A stretch of 63,514 nucleotides of DNA, the filler included, from Octopus bimaculoides (Eukaryota): assembly GCF_001194135.2 (NCBI RefSeq). It is 5 parts of 5 records of this genome, joined end to end, with 100 filler letters (N's around TTAATTAATTAA, not from the genome) between each part and the next. Parts side by side here need not be neighbours in the genome. Positions count along the whole stretch, not along the records: positions 1 to 25,311 come from NC_068983.1; positions 25,412 to 52,776 come from NC_068996.1; 3 more parts are not named here. The stretch is one strand, 5' to 3'. The notes beneath the pieces were generated by a model. That model had not been told where the DNA came from, ran no database searches, and saw only the letters and a program-made list of their open reading frames with translations. Position numbers and translations under genes: made by a program. How positions within the stretch are numbered: the stretch's first letter is position 1; each line of letters opens with the position of its first letter. Below are positions 13,480 through 25,805 of this stretch, one piece after another.

Positions 13480-15315
13480 AAATCTGCAAAGAATTTTTTG
13501 CTGCAAGTAGTTGATGATTTGAATGCTGTAACAAAGCTGGTTGGTGTTATGTAAAGTTAAAAGGAGACGCAATCATCAAAGATGATGGAGCAGCAAAATC
13601 TTTTTCTCCAAAATTAGAAGTTTATTGAAGGAGAAAATTACATGCTGGATACAGTATTCAATTTGAATGCAATAGAACTCTTTTTAAGATTTTCGACAAA
13701 GGAGCTACACTTTGAGAGAAAAATCGTCAATATCTGAGCTTAAAGTTTCGAGAGATCGCCTAACTTTAATGCTTAGTGGTAATGCAAGTAGAGACTGTAA
13801 ACATAAAATTACTTTTCGTTTATAGGTTAGAATATCCAGAGGCCCAAAAAACATCATGCAAAATAATTTCCGTTATATGGATATCCAAATTAAAAAGTGG
13901 CTCGAATTACGGATACACTTTTGTAAGATGTTTTTTAATGGGGATAGTTTCGTCAATTCATATCCGAGGTAAAATAATTTCATGAGGACAAAAACAAAAT
14001 CCGTTCCAGGTGTTTTTACTTTTAGAATATACATCTGACAGCCATTATCTCTACAAAACCCTCGTCCAAATGTTAAAATGATTTAATTTTACCGTCGAAC
14101 ACAACCTTACTTCTTCAACCGAGCTGTTTTAACTTTTAAAGCATATTATTTGCTAGAAACATTTGAAACTCTTACGAAAACCACAAAGAAGGAAGAAGTT
14201 GGGGTAAAAACGTGTTAATATTTTAGATATAGAAACAATGCTATTTGTCATTGAGTAATATCATATTAGACCGGTAAATATGCGGTGAGCTGGCAGAATC
14301 GTTTGCACACCGGGAAAATGCTTAGCGGCATTACGTCCGTCTTTATATTCTGAATTCAAATTCCGCCGAGGTCGACTTTACCTCTCATCCTTTCGGGTCG
14401 ATAAAATAAATACCAGCTGAGTACTAGGGTCAATGTAAGCAACTTACCCTTCCCCGAAATTGCGTCAAAATTTGAAGCTAATATTTTTGATATAATCATG
14501 TTAGGAACAGAATTTCACAGATGACTATAAGCGATATTTGGCGAATAAATTTATTCTAGTTTAATCGGTAATTTTGAAGGATTGGAAAGAAAAAAAGAAA
14601 AACCTAATGATATTAAAAGCATAAAACAGAAGAAAATTAACCAACCAACGTTTTGAATCTTCTAAAAGTGACAAAGCAGGTTTTCTTGAAATGCACAAAC
14701 GGTGAACTTAATATGAAAAGTTACTCGAAATAGTAATTTGCGAAAGTGATAATGCAAAGCAAGAGAAAGAAGAAGAGGGAATTACAGCCCTCAATTTTAC
14801 ACTTAAAGAACTCGAAGGCGCTTTTAAATGCATAAAAAAAATGCCATTAAAATTATTTTGTCACAAGGACCGAATGATAACCGAAACAAAAATTGCTGCA
14901 GGTTTGAACATCTCTTTTACTTGTTATTTTCAAATTTATAAAGAAAAGAAAGAAAAAAAACCACAGTGACGCAAATAGACAATTCTTGAAGCATCGCCTC
15001 ATTTGCAAAGAAGCTGACTCACAAAACTTAACTATGAATGTTATTAATTAAAATTTTAACTGAACAAAATGCTTTTTGTTTTATTATCAAGGACATTTTG
15101 TTATTTAAAGAGTCTCTTTTAACTAAATGTAAAATATCATAATTCTTGAGTGTTTCTCTTGTTTATTTGGCAAAACATTAGGATAAAAATTTTTGCTTAA
15201 AACTACAGTTACGATTGTTATAAAATGTCTCCAAAAAATACGTTCCGCTTAACGAGTTCTGATTAACGAGCAATAATTAAGAACGAATTAACTCGTAAAA
15301 TGAAGAACTAACTGC
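13480..15315 (+). mobile_element. Tigger/pogo-like DNA transposon fossil, interrupted by a SINE
   Basis: RDRLTLMLSGNASRDC near 13750-13800 matches the Tigger KDRLT.LL.GNA.GD motif. LNFTLKELEGAF near 14790. A possible 3' TIR ends ...gaactaactg near 15314. Confidence 0.65.
14281..14480 (+). mobile_element. tRNA-derived SINE with Nin/Deu-like central domain
   Basis: Head gagctggcagaatcg...ttcaaattcc, followed by gtcgacttt..ctcatcctttcgggtcgataaaataaataccag. Confidence 0.8.
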
Positions 15316-15344
15316 ATAATCTAAGTCTTTCTAATTTTGGCAGA

Positions 15345-15705
15345 AGACCAACAACTGTGAGGGGAGGAGTCAAGTCGACTATATCGATTCCATTGCTTGA
15401 CTGGTACTATACGTTATTGACTCTAAAAGAACAAAAGGCAAAATTGACCACATTAAACATTTTATCCGATGCGCTAACGGTCCTGCCAGCTTGCCGCTTT
15501 AGCAATACTTTGGTAGAAGGCCAGCAATTTTCGGAAAGTAAATCGATTACATTGATCCCAGTGCTCAACTGACGCTTATTTTAATGACCTTGAAAGGATC
15601 AAAAGCAAAATAAACCTCGGCGGAATTTGGACTCAGAACGTTATGAGTCGGAAGAACTACTGCTAAATATTTTTTCTTCGACGCGCTAACGATTCTGCCA
15701 TATCG
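15345..15705 (-). mobile_element. Two tandem degenerate copies of the Nin/Deu-domain SINE
   Basis: Reverse-complement matches to the same head and core at about 15345-15500 and 15530-15705. Confidence 0.65.
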
Positions 15706-15789
15706 CCGATATGATCTGAGAAATATAATCCTTTGTATATGAGACAGACGGGAGACAGACACAGAGGGTCCCTAATTTTTCATCGGTTA

Positions 15790-16110
15790 TCTTGCAAAGC
15801 CTCTGCATCTCATCTCTATATGTTCGTAGTGAGTCTTCCAGCATCTATTCTGGCGTTTTTCCAACAGTTCCTGGTACTTCGTGATGTCTCCTAACATTGG
15901 GATCTTTCAATACCCTCTTCCCAATGTTTTATAATTTCTAGCATAAGTTGTTTCTTCTCCTCAGAGGTGGTTATCATGTTTGGCCAGGGTGATGTTAGTC
16001 CTTTGTTCTGAGAAAACTTCAACTGCCTGGCCAAGTTGACAGGCAGCTGCCACTCAGAATAATTAACGCTTCGAATATTCATCACCGACTCTATAACTGC
16101 TGCTGGTAAA
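15790..16110 (-). mobile_element. Hero-like non-LTR retrotransposon RLE endonuclease fragment
   Basis: SEWQLPVNLARQLKF..TSPWPNMI..SEEKKQLMLEI..HWEEGIE / TKYQELLE....CWKTHYEHIE resembles the DWQL.VDL..QLKFP..RPDIVL.S...KQ...ELTVPWEE...KYQEL....GW...PIEVG pattern. One frameshift. Confidence 0.7.
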
Positions 16111-17059
16111 AACACTCAACGCGCTATAGTTCAGTTTTTAATTTTGGCTTTTTTACTATAATACATCCTATAAACATATCCTACACTACGACACATCTCA
16201 TAAGTCTTTTTTATGCACTTTAAAATATGTGTGTGTATAGAATCTACCCATTCTAGATGTATAACTAATGTTCCTTGGGGATACATGCTTCTATCTTAGG
16301 CAAGATCAGCAGCTGTTCAGAACTGAAGAGATTTTGTTGAAGGTAATGGTGACAAGTATTTCGTTGGTTTACGATGTTAGATTCAAGTTCCATGCGTCGG
16401 CTGAAGCCCTCTCCATTGAAAAACAAGTCTAAATTATCCCCAGACACACATCCATACATACAGACACAGTACATAGTCACGTCAACCAACCTGTTTGAAA
16501 TAGTAATCAAATCTCTCTCAAATCCCAAGGAAGGGGTACAATGAACACTGTTGTTGACTGCTGTAGGAAAAATAGGACAGAATGTTCGGAATTGAAATGA
16601 TTTTAGTCATAAGTTTGCTTGATCGGGACTGAGCTGAACAATAATAACCATGTAAATTACTTTTAACTTTCTTCAAAATTCGTTGGGCCTTTTTTTTTTT
16701 TTTTGTTCTTGGCATGAAAGGATTGGTGAGGCTGTAATATGAACCCTCTTTCTTTGGTCCCTTTCAGGTAGCTGAATCAAAGCGGGAGAGGAAGAATGAG
16801 AAAGAGAGGCTGAAAGAAGAGAGAGAGAGAGAAACAGGCAAAGAGAAGAATTCGTTGAATGATACTATTAGATGCAACCACGAACTCTTTTACTCAAAAA
16901 TTGGCTGCCTTCTGTTATTATTATATCAGATTTCTGTAAATTTAATCGAATTTGCGTTGAAACATTTTTATTACGAAATACCATTTATAAAATAGGAAAA
17001 TATAATCTCTTTCAAGATCTAAAAAAGAGATTAGTTCAAATATGTTTTACGGTCTTTAT

Positions 17060-17273
<214 letters not shown>

Positions 17274-18182
17274 GTTCATTTCAGAAATGTATTCTTTGAA
17301 TTACATCATGAAGAGTGTATTTCGACGAGCGTTTAACATTTGTTTCAATCAAAGTGAGAGAATGGTAGCGGGTTTTGGGTGGGGGGCTCACTGAAAGATT
17401 TATTCTAAATTTAAGTATATTAGAATTTAATATTTAAAAGAAAATTGTGTCCATAGACGTTGATATTTCCTATATTTTAGTTCATATCTTTTTAATCAGA
17501 TTACATAAGATTTTTTTTTTAAATTGTATTATTAATTGTGTGTCGCAATTGAAGATTTTATAGGAAGTCGGTCTATATCAACTGAAAGTCAAATTCATCC
17601 TGTAACTGGTACCATATTGTTTGTGTCTCTCAGACATTTAACCTTTATAACTAGATGTCACGCTCGTACAGTTGGTAAACTTGATAGATATTTGAACAAT
17701 CATCCAAAAGATTGATAGTTCCAGTCTTGTTACTGGTAGCATGTTGCGTCTACAGCCAAAGAACATTATTAACACTCGAAGCCATCTAGCTCTAAATATA
17801 ATGCACAGATAGGGTGAATAGTTTACTGCTGTAGGTAACGAAGTTAGAATTATAGATCGTTGGATTGAAATTCTGAGTCTCAAAATTTCCTATAAGAAAA
17901 CTGCATAGAACAGTTGAGCAACTTTACAAAAGGTAAGATTTAGTATGCTTTACTTCGCTACACTTTATTTTTATTCTATACTAGGCTTTAATCGTTGGAC
18001 TGTGGCCATGCTGGGACATTTGTCTTCGGAGCTTTAGTTGATGATATCGACTCCACTATTAATTTCAGCCTCGTACTTTATCCACCTAAATTTGATGGAC
18101 CTACTAGGAACGAGATATGAAGAGACACAACATAAGCAACACGGGTTTTTACATAGGCACAAACACAGACACCCCCCCTCTC

Positions 18183-18282
<100 letters not shown>

Positions 18283-18424
18283 GCTCTCTTTCACACACAC
18301 ACACAGATAAACACAAACGCTCACACAAACACAGTTAGCTATTCACGCGTAACGGGAATGTCGACTTTCTGATCATCTTATCGTAACTCGAAATTTTCGG
18401 AACGGCAAACATCTTTGAATTTAT

Positions 18425-18613
18425 TTCCATGTTTAAGGGAGTAAGTGGTGAGTAAATCAAATACATCGACGCCAGTACTTGAATGGTGCACATTTTATCA
18501 ATGACGAAAGGCAAAGCCGACCATACCGGAATTTGAACTCAGAACGTAAAAAACAGAGGAAATGGCGCTAAGCATTTTGGCCGGCGCGCAAACGATTCTG
18601 CCAGCTCGCCGTC
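18425..18613 (-). mobile_element. Nin/Deu-domain SINE
   Basis: Reverse complement of the family head and core. Confidence 0.75.
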
Positions 18614-18644
18614 ATAGTTTTGCAGTAATATTGCAATAGAGTGC

Positions 18645-18782
18645 AAGGCAGCGAGCTGGCAGAAACGTTAGCACGCCGGGCGAAATGCTAAGCGGTATTT
18701 CGTCTGTCTTTACGATCTGAGTTCAAATTCCGCCGAGGTCGACTTTGTCTTTCATCCTTTCGGGGTCGATAAATTAAGTACC
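18645..18782 (+). mobile_element. Nin/Deu-domain SINE, little diverged, truncated by gap
   Basis: aaggcagcgagctggcagaaacgttagc...gttcaaattccgccgaggtcgactttgtctttcatcctttcggggtcgataaattaagtacc. Confidence 0.85.
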
Positions 18783-19129
18783 NNNNNNNNNNNNNNNNNN
18801 NNNNNNNNNNNNNNNNNNNNNNNNNNNNNNNNNNNNNNNNNNNNNNNNNNNNNNNNNNNNNNNNNNNNNNNNNNNNNNNNNNNNNNNNNNNNNNNNNNNN
18901 NNNNNNNNNNNNNNNNNNNNNNNNNNNNNNNNNNNNNNNNNNNNNNNNNNNNNNNNNNNNNNNNNNNNNNNNNNNNNNNNNNNNNNNNNNNNNNNNNNNN
19001 NNNNNNNNNNNNNNNNNNNNNNNNNNNNNNNNNNNNNNNNNNNNNNNNNNNNTCTTCTTCTTCTTCTTCTTCTTCTTCTTCTTCTTCTTCTTCTTCTTCT
19101 TCTTCTTCTTCTTCTTCTTCTTCTTCTTT

Positions 19130-20070
19130 TTCCTTTTATATCTGCATGAAAAGTGAAGAATTTATCCAAAGTTCTATGACTTTTACGAACTACCATTTCT
19201 TCGTATAGCTCTGCATAGGAATTAACTTTATTATGAACTTGTCTCGTAATTTTGATGATATATTCACGATTAGGATTGTTATGGTCAAAAATTTAGTCAT
19301 TCCTCTGTGAGTGCCAACTCATTAGCATATTGTCTGCAGTCAACTGAAGTAATGTGGGCGGAGCTTCTATATCATATTTTTACACTGTAGCACGTTCTTG
19401 TTTTATCATTATCAATTCCTCCGTCGACAAACTTTCTATACGGAACTTCATCAGCTCATGCACTTTATTTACAAACCTATATCATTTGCTGGCGTCACAA
19501 TATATTGCTGAACTTGATGTGGACTTACTACCGGTAGAAAATTTGTGAAGCTGAGGACACAGTGTCGCCATGTTTTCTCAAACGCCTTTCATAGCTGAGG
19601 GATTCATTCCAGTGATTTGGGCTACATATTATCTATGGTATCCGAAATGTTGAACTTTTTCCTCTTTTCTCGCCGTCAATTGCACTGTGTAAAACGATTT
19701 TTGATTGCTACTGTTATTTCCTATTTGCTTAGTCTTAGAAAATATGAAAAACGGCTATTATTTCCTTCAAACCTTGGTTTTGTTTCATTTATTCAAACCT
19801 CAAAGAGTCTCCCTAACACATAGCTATAATGCTCCCCCACTACTCCTGCTCATGATCAGAGATGCACATATTGTCAGCCATTAAATGACATGCTCAAGTT
19901 GTTAAGATCAAGCAACTGACAAGAAAATCTGTGGTATTGAGCAGAACATTTGCTATAACTATATTTCTGCTTCCGCAACTCAGCGCTGAACATCTGAAAT
20001 GTAATGGAAAATGGCTCAGTTTCAAAACATTGATGTCCAGGTCACAAAAGCAAAGTTTGAAGGAAATAGT
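19130..20070 (-). mobile_element. Possible Tigger-like transposase remnant
   Basis: FNISDTIDN...GV*ENM and a C-terminal NSYAELYEE...RTLDKFF resemble Tigger. Heavily decayed, with another repeat inserted near 19820-19900. Confidence 0.35.
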
Positions 20071-20499
20071 AGTCATTTCCTTTGATTTCTAGTTATAAGC
20101 AAATAGAAAATAACACTTACTGACCAAAGACAAAAAAAAAAAACTTATGAATTATTTCAAAGTTCTCAAATGAATCAATTTGAAGTTCGCTATCCGATGT
20201 TAATAACTGCTTTTAATTTGGACACAAGGTTAGAAATTTCAAGGAGAAAGTTTAGTCGTTTATATCAGTCCTAGTGTGAGAGTGGTATTTTATTTTATCA
20301 TCCCCTGAGTGATGAAAAGCAAAACAGACTTCAACGGGAATGAAACTCAAAACGTAAAGGACCGGAACAAACGAGGCTCAATCGACATTCTAACGGCTCT
20401 GCCAATCCAATGGCTCTGCCAATCCAATGGCTCTGCCAATCCAATGGCTCTGTCTGACAACAAAAGCATAATAATGGCTTCAGATTTTTGCACAAAGCC

Positions 20500-20690
20500 A
20501 TCAATTTCTGGGGAGAAGATAAGTCGATTACACCGATCCCACCACTCAATTTATTTTATCGACCCCGAAAAAATGAAAGGTAAAGTTGATCTCGGCGGAA
20601 CTAGAACTCAGAACGTAAAGTAAAGACGGATGAAATGCTGCTAAGAATTTTACCCGGTGTCCTAACGGTTCTGCCAATTTGCCGCCTTGA
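20500..20690 (-). mobile_element. Nin/Deu-domain SINE
   Basis: Reverse complement of the family core (ttttatcgaccccgaaaaaatgaaagg). Confidence 0.75.
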
Positions 20691-20717
20691 GCAGCAAGTA
20701 TATAATAATAACATACA

Positions 20718-21145
20718 CAGGCGCTGACACGGCTATGTGGTTAAGAAGACTGCTTTGCGATTGGTTCCGGGTTCGAATCCAGTGCACCGCATCTTAGGAA
20801 AGTGTCATCTATCAAAACTTCATGCGGAACAATACTTTCTAATTCAAAAATTACTAGACGCAAACTATGTCGAAGCCTGTCATATGTATGTGTGTGTTTA
20901 ATGTTTACCGGTGTGATATGTCGTATTCCTTTATGCCATATACATAAGTCGGTTATTCAGTAGAGATACCTATTGCTTGTTTCAGTCATTGTCTGTAGCC
21001 ATGCTGGAGCACCGCCTTGAAGAGCTTAATCGAACAAATCGATTCCGATACTTATCTTTAAGTCTGGTACTTATTTAATCGATATCTTTTGACGAGCTGT
21101 TATGTTACTGGAACGTAAACAAACCAACACCGGTTGTCAAGTGGC
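20718..21145. mobile_element. SINE fragments of the 37715-38060 family
   Basis: ggctatgtggttaag...ggttccgggttcgaatcc head at 20718, and gtttcagtcatt...gccatgctggagcaccgcc segment at about 20975-21145. Confidence 0.6.
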
Positions 21146-22201
21146 TGTATTTGGTCTGCAAGATTCTTGATGTGAATTCGTGTGTTGAAAGAAATTTGTT
21201 GTGTCATGAGAGAACCGTTAGCCAAGAATAATAAACACACATGAAATTTAAGGACTCTCTCATAACACAAGATATATATATATATATANNNNNNNNNNNN
21301 NNNNNNNNNNNNNNNNNNNNNNNNNNNNNNNNNNNNNNNNNNNNNNNNNNNNNNNNNNNNNNNNNNNNNNNNNNNNNNNNNNNNNNNNNNNNNNNNNNNN
21401 NNNNNNNNNNNNNNNNNNNNNNNNNNNNNNNNNNNNNNNNNNNNNNNNNNNNNNNNNNNNNNNNNNNNNNNNNNNNNNNNNNNNNNNNNNNNNNNNNNNN
21501 NNNNNNNNNNNNNNNNNNNNNNNNNNNNNNNNNNNNNNNNNNNNNNNNNNNNNNNNNNNNNNNNNNNNNNNNNNNNNNNNNNNNNNNNNNNNNNNNNNNN
21601 NNNNNNNNNNNNNNNNNNNNNNNNNNNNNNNNNNNNNNNNNNNNNNNNNNNNNNNNNNNNNNNNNNNNNNNNNNNNNNNNNNNNNNNNNNNNNNNNNNNN
21701 NNNNNNNNNNNNNNNNNNNNNNNNNNNNNNNNNNNNNNNNNNNNNNNNNNNNNNNNNNNNNNNNNNNNNNNNNNNNNNNNNNNNNNNNNNNNNNNNNNNN
21801 NNNNNNNNNNNNNNNNNNNNNNNNNNNNNNNNNNNNNNNNNNNNNNNNNNNNNNNNNNNNNNNNNNNNNNNNNNNNNNNNNNNNAGATTCTTTGGCCATT
21901 CCTCCAACAGTCTTTTTTTAATGTTTGTTTTGTTTGTTTAGTTTATTTGTTTCTTTGGTCTTTTTTTTTTTTTGGTTTGGTTGTTATCATTGTTGTTTTG
22001 TACTTACTATTGTTGTTTTCCAATAGACCTTGTTACAGATCTTCAATCCATACCAATACAAGCTTTTATTGCGCTTTCAATGTAATCATGTTATTCCTCT
22101 AGATTTGTTTACAGAAAAAGAAACAGCAACAACAATAACAACAACGATAATAAATAATGATGACGATGATGATGATGATGATGATAATAATAATAATAAT
22201 G

Positions 22202-22271
<70 letters not shown>

Positions 22272-22850
22272 TAATAATAATGATAAAACATGAATCTCTA
22301 ACACTAAGCGACAACAGAATAATTCTGAGAATGGATTTATCTATTGTAGTTCTAATCTTGTTTTCAAAGATTTGATTTGTTGATTTGTTTTATTTTGTGC
22401 TTTGTTTATTCTTTCATATTTCGCGTGTAAAGAGGATTAAGAATATTTTCTAGTATCAAATTCTATCAATAGAGACTTCATTTTTTTACTCTTTTCTTTT
22501 CTTTTCTTTTTTTGCTAGTGCTTTTTTTATATTGTTTTTTTTTCTGTTTCTTTTTCTTAATTTTATTGTATTTCGTTCTACTGCGATTATTGTTGGCAAT
22601 TGCAGTGAATGAAAATAAGTGGGGATATATTGATAGATTGTCGGTGGGTGAGACAAGTCTATGTAAATTAACTAGCATTTTTTTTTTAACATTTTGATTA
22701 ACAGCAGGAAAATAACTGCTTCTTTTTTTTTTTTTTTAGTTAAGCACAAGTTAACAAAAATCGAAGGGTAGCATTATATTTTGTTCGATAACGAAAGAAG
22801 AAAAACGAGCGAGAGAGTGAGAGAGAGAGAGAGACAAACAAAAGAAGAAA

Positions 22851-22945
<95 letters not shown>

Positions 22946-23327
22946 CAGACAGATAGACAGACAGACAGGCAAAAGAAGAAAAACGAAAGAGAGAAAGACA
23001 GAGAGAGAGAGAGAAAGAGAAGGAGAGAGAGAGAGGGAGAGAGAGAGAGAGAGAAGGCAGGAAAGGAGAGACACAGAGAAAGAGTTGGGTAGAATATAGA
23101 TTTTCGTGACACTGGAATATGATCTGAAAGACTTTTAACAATTTCAATTTTTAAATGTTGAAATCATTGCAATCGATTTCTATTCTATTAAAAAGTAGTT
23201 TTGAATATTATTATTTGCTATAACAAAACGTTATTTAAATGTATAATGTCATAACGAGTCCCCTGACTGCATTTCATATTTATTATTGTTCGTGTGTTCT
23301 TGGTGTTATTATTATTATTATTATTAT

Positions 23328-23392
<65 letters not shown>

Positions 23393-23834
23393 TTATTATT
23401 ACTATTATCATTTCGTGCTTTTGAAACTATCTGAACTTTGTTTCGCATTCAAATGAAAAGTTAAGCTCTCCTGAAATCACAGTGACGAGCTTGCACGGGT
23501 GAGCTTTGTCTCTTTCCGAATAAATTTAAATAAAACTTAAGGAGTTTTTCATTTATTGTTATTATTGAAATCATATTTCTAATACCATATCAATACTACA
23601 TTTCTCGTTCCCCTTTTATACTCTTTGCAGCATTTTAAACTACGGCCCTGCTGGGGCACCATCTTCAAAGAGTTGTAATCGATCATATCGATTCCACTAC
23701 CCAGAGAGCAGTCTGGTACTTATTTGATAAATCTCTTTTGAATGGTTAAATTCTCTTTGACATAAAGAGAGGTAACTGCTAACTGTTCCAGGCATCGATC
23801 ACCCACATACATAAATGTGTGTGTATGTGTGTAC

Positions 23835-23872
<38 letters not shown>

Positions 23873-24732
23873 GCACACATACACACACATACACACACAC
23901 ATATACTGTTGATGTCATAAGAATTTACTAACTTTCGAGAGAACGTGAAATAATTCTTTTTTGAAGATCAATGGATCTCGAAACACTTAAAACTATAAAC
24001 AATAATATGTAAATATTGAGCTGAAAAAGTCCTTTGGATAGAAAAGTCGAAGCTTGCCCGTGGGAAAGAAATTCGAGGGGTTGCTTTGGTCCGTTGTATG
24101 AACCCTTGTCATACGTCTACAGGAGATGTGGGTTTGCGTCCCACGGATGGCCTTCGACTTTTCTATCTAATAGAGGTTCTCAAGCCAATATCTATGTGAT
24201 ATTGTTTATAGATTTATGTGCTTTGACATCCACTGTTCAATATATATATATCGAGAAAGAGAGAAAAATACAGGTATATCAAATACCATTTAACATAAAT
24301 TCTCGATTTAATAAAATTACTCCACCTAGAGCATGCGTCAAAATTAGCAGATGGCAGTTAAGACCAGCTTCATATGAGAAAGAAGGATAATCTAAAGAAT
24401 TAAGAATTCTTCAAAGACAAGATGCGATTAATGAAAAAGACAGACTTCTTGCTTGAAGATAAGTGGATACCTTTTTTTTTTAATCGCATGTCAACTTTGG
24501 AGAATTCTTCATTCTTGAGACTATTTCTCCTTCTCATAGAAGGCTAGTCTAATTGCCGTTTGGTAATTATGATACTTGCTCTATGGGCGGAGATAACTTT
24601 TAATAAATGAAGTATTTATGTTATATAGTATTTGATATGCATGCATTTATCTGCGTTTCTCTTACCTCATTTTCATATAGATAGATAGATAGATAGATAG
24701 ATAGATGGATGGATGGATGGATGGATGGATAG

Positions 24733-24790
<58 letters not shown>

Positions 24791-24966
24791 CGAGATGTCG
24801 AAATATCGTTCACTAGATAACAGTGGCACTCTTCTTTTAATTTTGACTCTATATCTTCAGGAGGAGTTACCTCAATCTTTTCTATATTAACCAAAATGAA
24901 GTAGATTAACAAATTATTTTTTGAACCAGTTGAAGACACACGAGATGTCGAAATATCGTTCACTAG

Positions 24967-24998
<32 letters not shown>

Positions 24999-25048
24999 GC
25001 ATCGTAAAATACCTTAGGAATGAGAACCTAGGTTCGAAATTTTCCCCA

Positions 25049-25095
25049 AGACACCCGATGAAGGCTGAAGGATATATCAGCCGAAACGTTGCGCT
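25049..25095 (+). ncRNA. Minimal type I hammerhead ribozyme motif (PLE type), with core substitution
   Basis: gacac-CCGATGA-A-GGCTGA-aggatata-TCAGCC-GAAAC-GTT-gcgct: perfect 6-bp stem II and palindromic AACGTT. Has U4C and a weak stem I. Confidence 0.6.
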
Positions 25096-25311
25096 AACAA
25101 CAAACAAGATGAGGACAAATATCTGTCAAATGTAAATAATGTATAAATATATATATATATATTTAAAATTATGATTTAAGCGTTGATGTCTCAGCCCAAG
25201 AATTCCAGCATGATGTGCTGCTTGACTGGTCCCCCCCTCTCTCTCTTTATATATATATATCTTTCTCTCGCCATGCCTCCGTCTATCCCTCCTTCTCTAA
25301 ATCAGTCCCTC

Positions 25312-25411
25312 NNNNNNNNNNNNNNNNNNNNNNNNNNNNNNNNNNNNNNNNNNNNTTAATTAATTAANNNNNNNNNNNNNNNNNNNNNNNNNNNNNNNNN
25401 NNNNNNNNNNN
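25312..25411. other. Artificial scaffold linker N44-TTAATTAATTAA-N44
   Basis: Exactly 100 bp, identical layout at four sites. The 12-mer places stop codons in all six frames. Confidence 0.9.
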
Positions 25412-25768
25412 GGTACCTGACCCTTCCACAAAAAGTTGAAGAGCAAGCGTACTATCTTGGTTAACCAGCGGTCGGGACAAGGGACGACGGTCAAACGGTA
25501 ATAGATGACGGATGCGATGTACGCATTCGCTACCTCCGCTCGACCTTTCAAGGAGAGCTTCCTCTCAGCCCATTTCTGGGTGAGGTTGGCCACCCTGTTC
25601 GTCACTTCTTCCCAGTTTTTCTCCAACTGGAGGTCCGGACCGAACCAGACCCCGAGCAGTTTAACGGGTCCGTCTGTCCAGCGCCCTACGACGCTGTTGG
25701 ACGGCATGGACTTGCCCCTCCAGGTGCCTAGTTGCAAGCCCATTGACTTTTCCGCGTTAATTTTCGCA
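25412..25768 (-). mobile_element. L1/Tx1-clade LINE ORF2 fragment (RT C-terminal part)
   Basis: Open frame AKINAEKS...VKLLGVWFG...W.ERKLSLKGRAEVAN.YIAS.IYY.L.V.PCP...LFNFLWKG, typical of L1/Tx1 sequence after YADD. Confidence 0.85.
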
Positions 25769-25805
25769 TAATAATAATAATAATAATGATAATAATAATA
25801 ATGAA

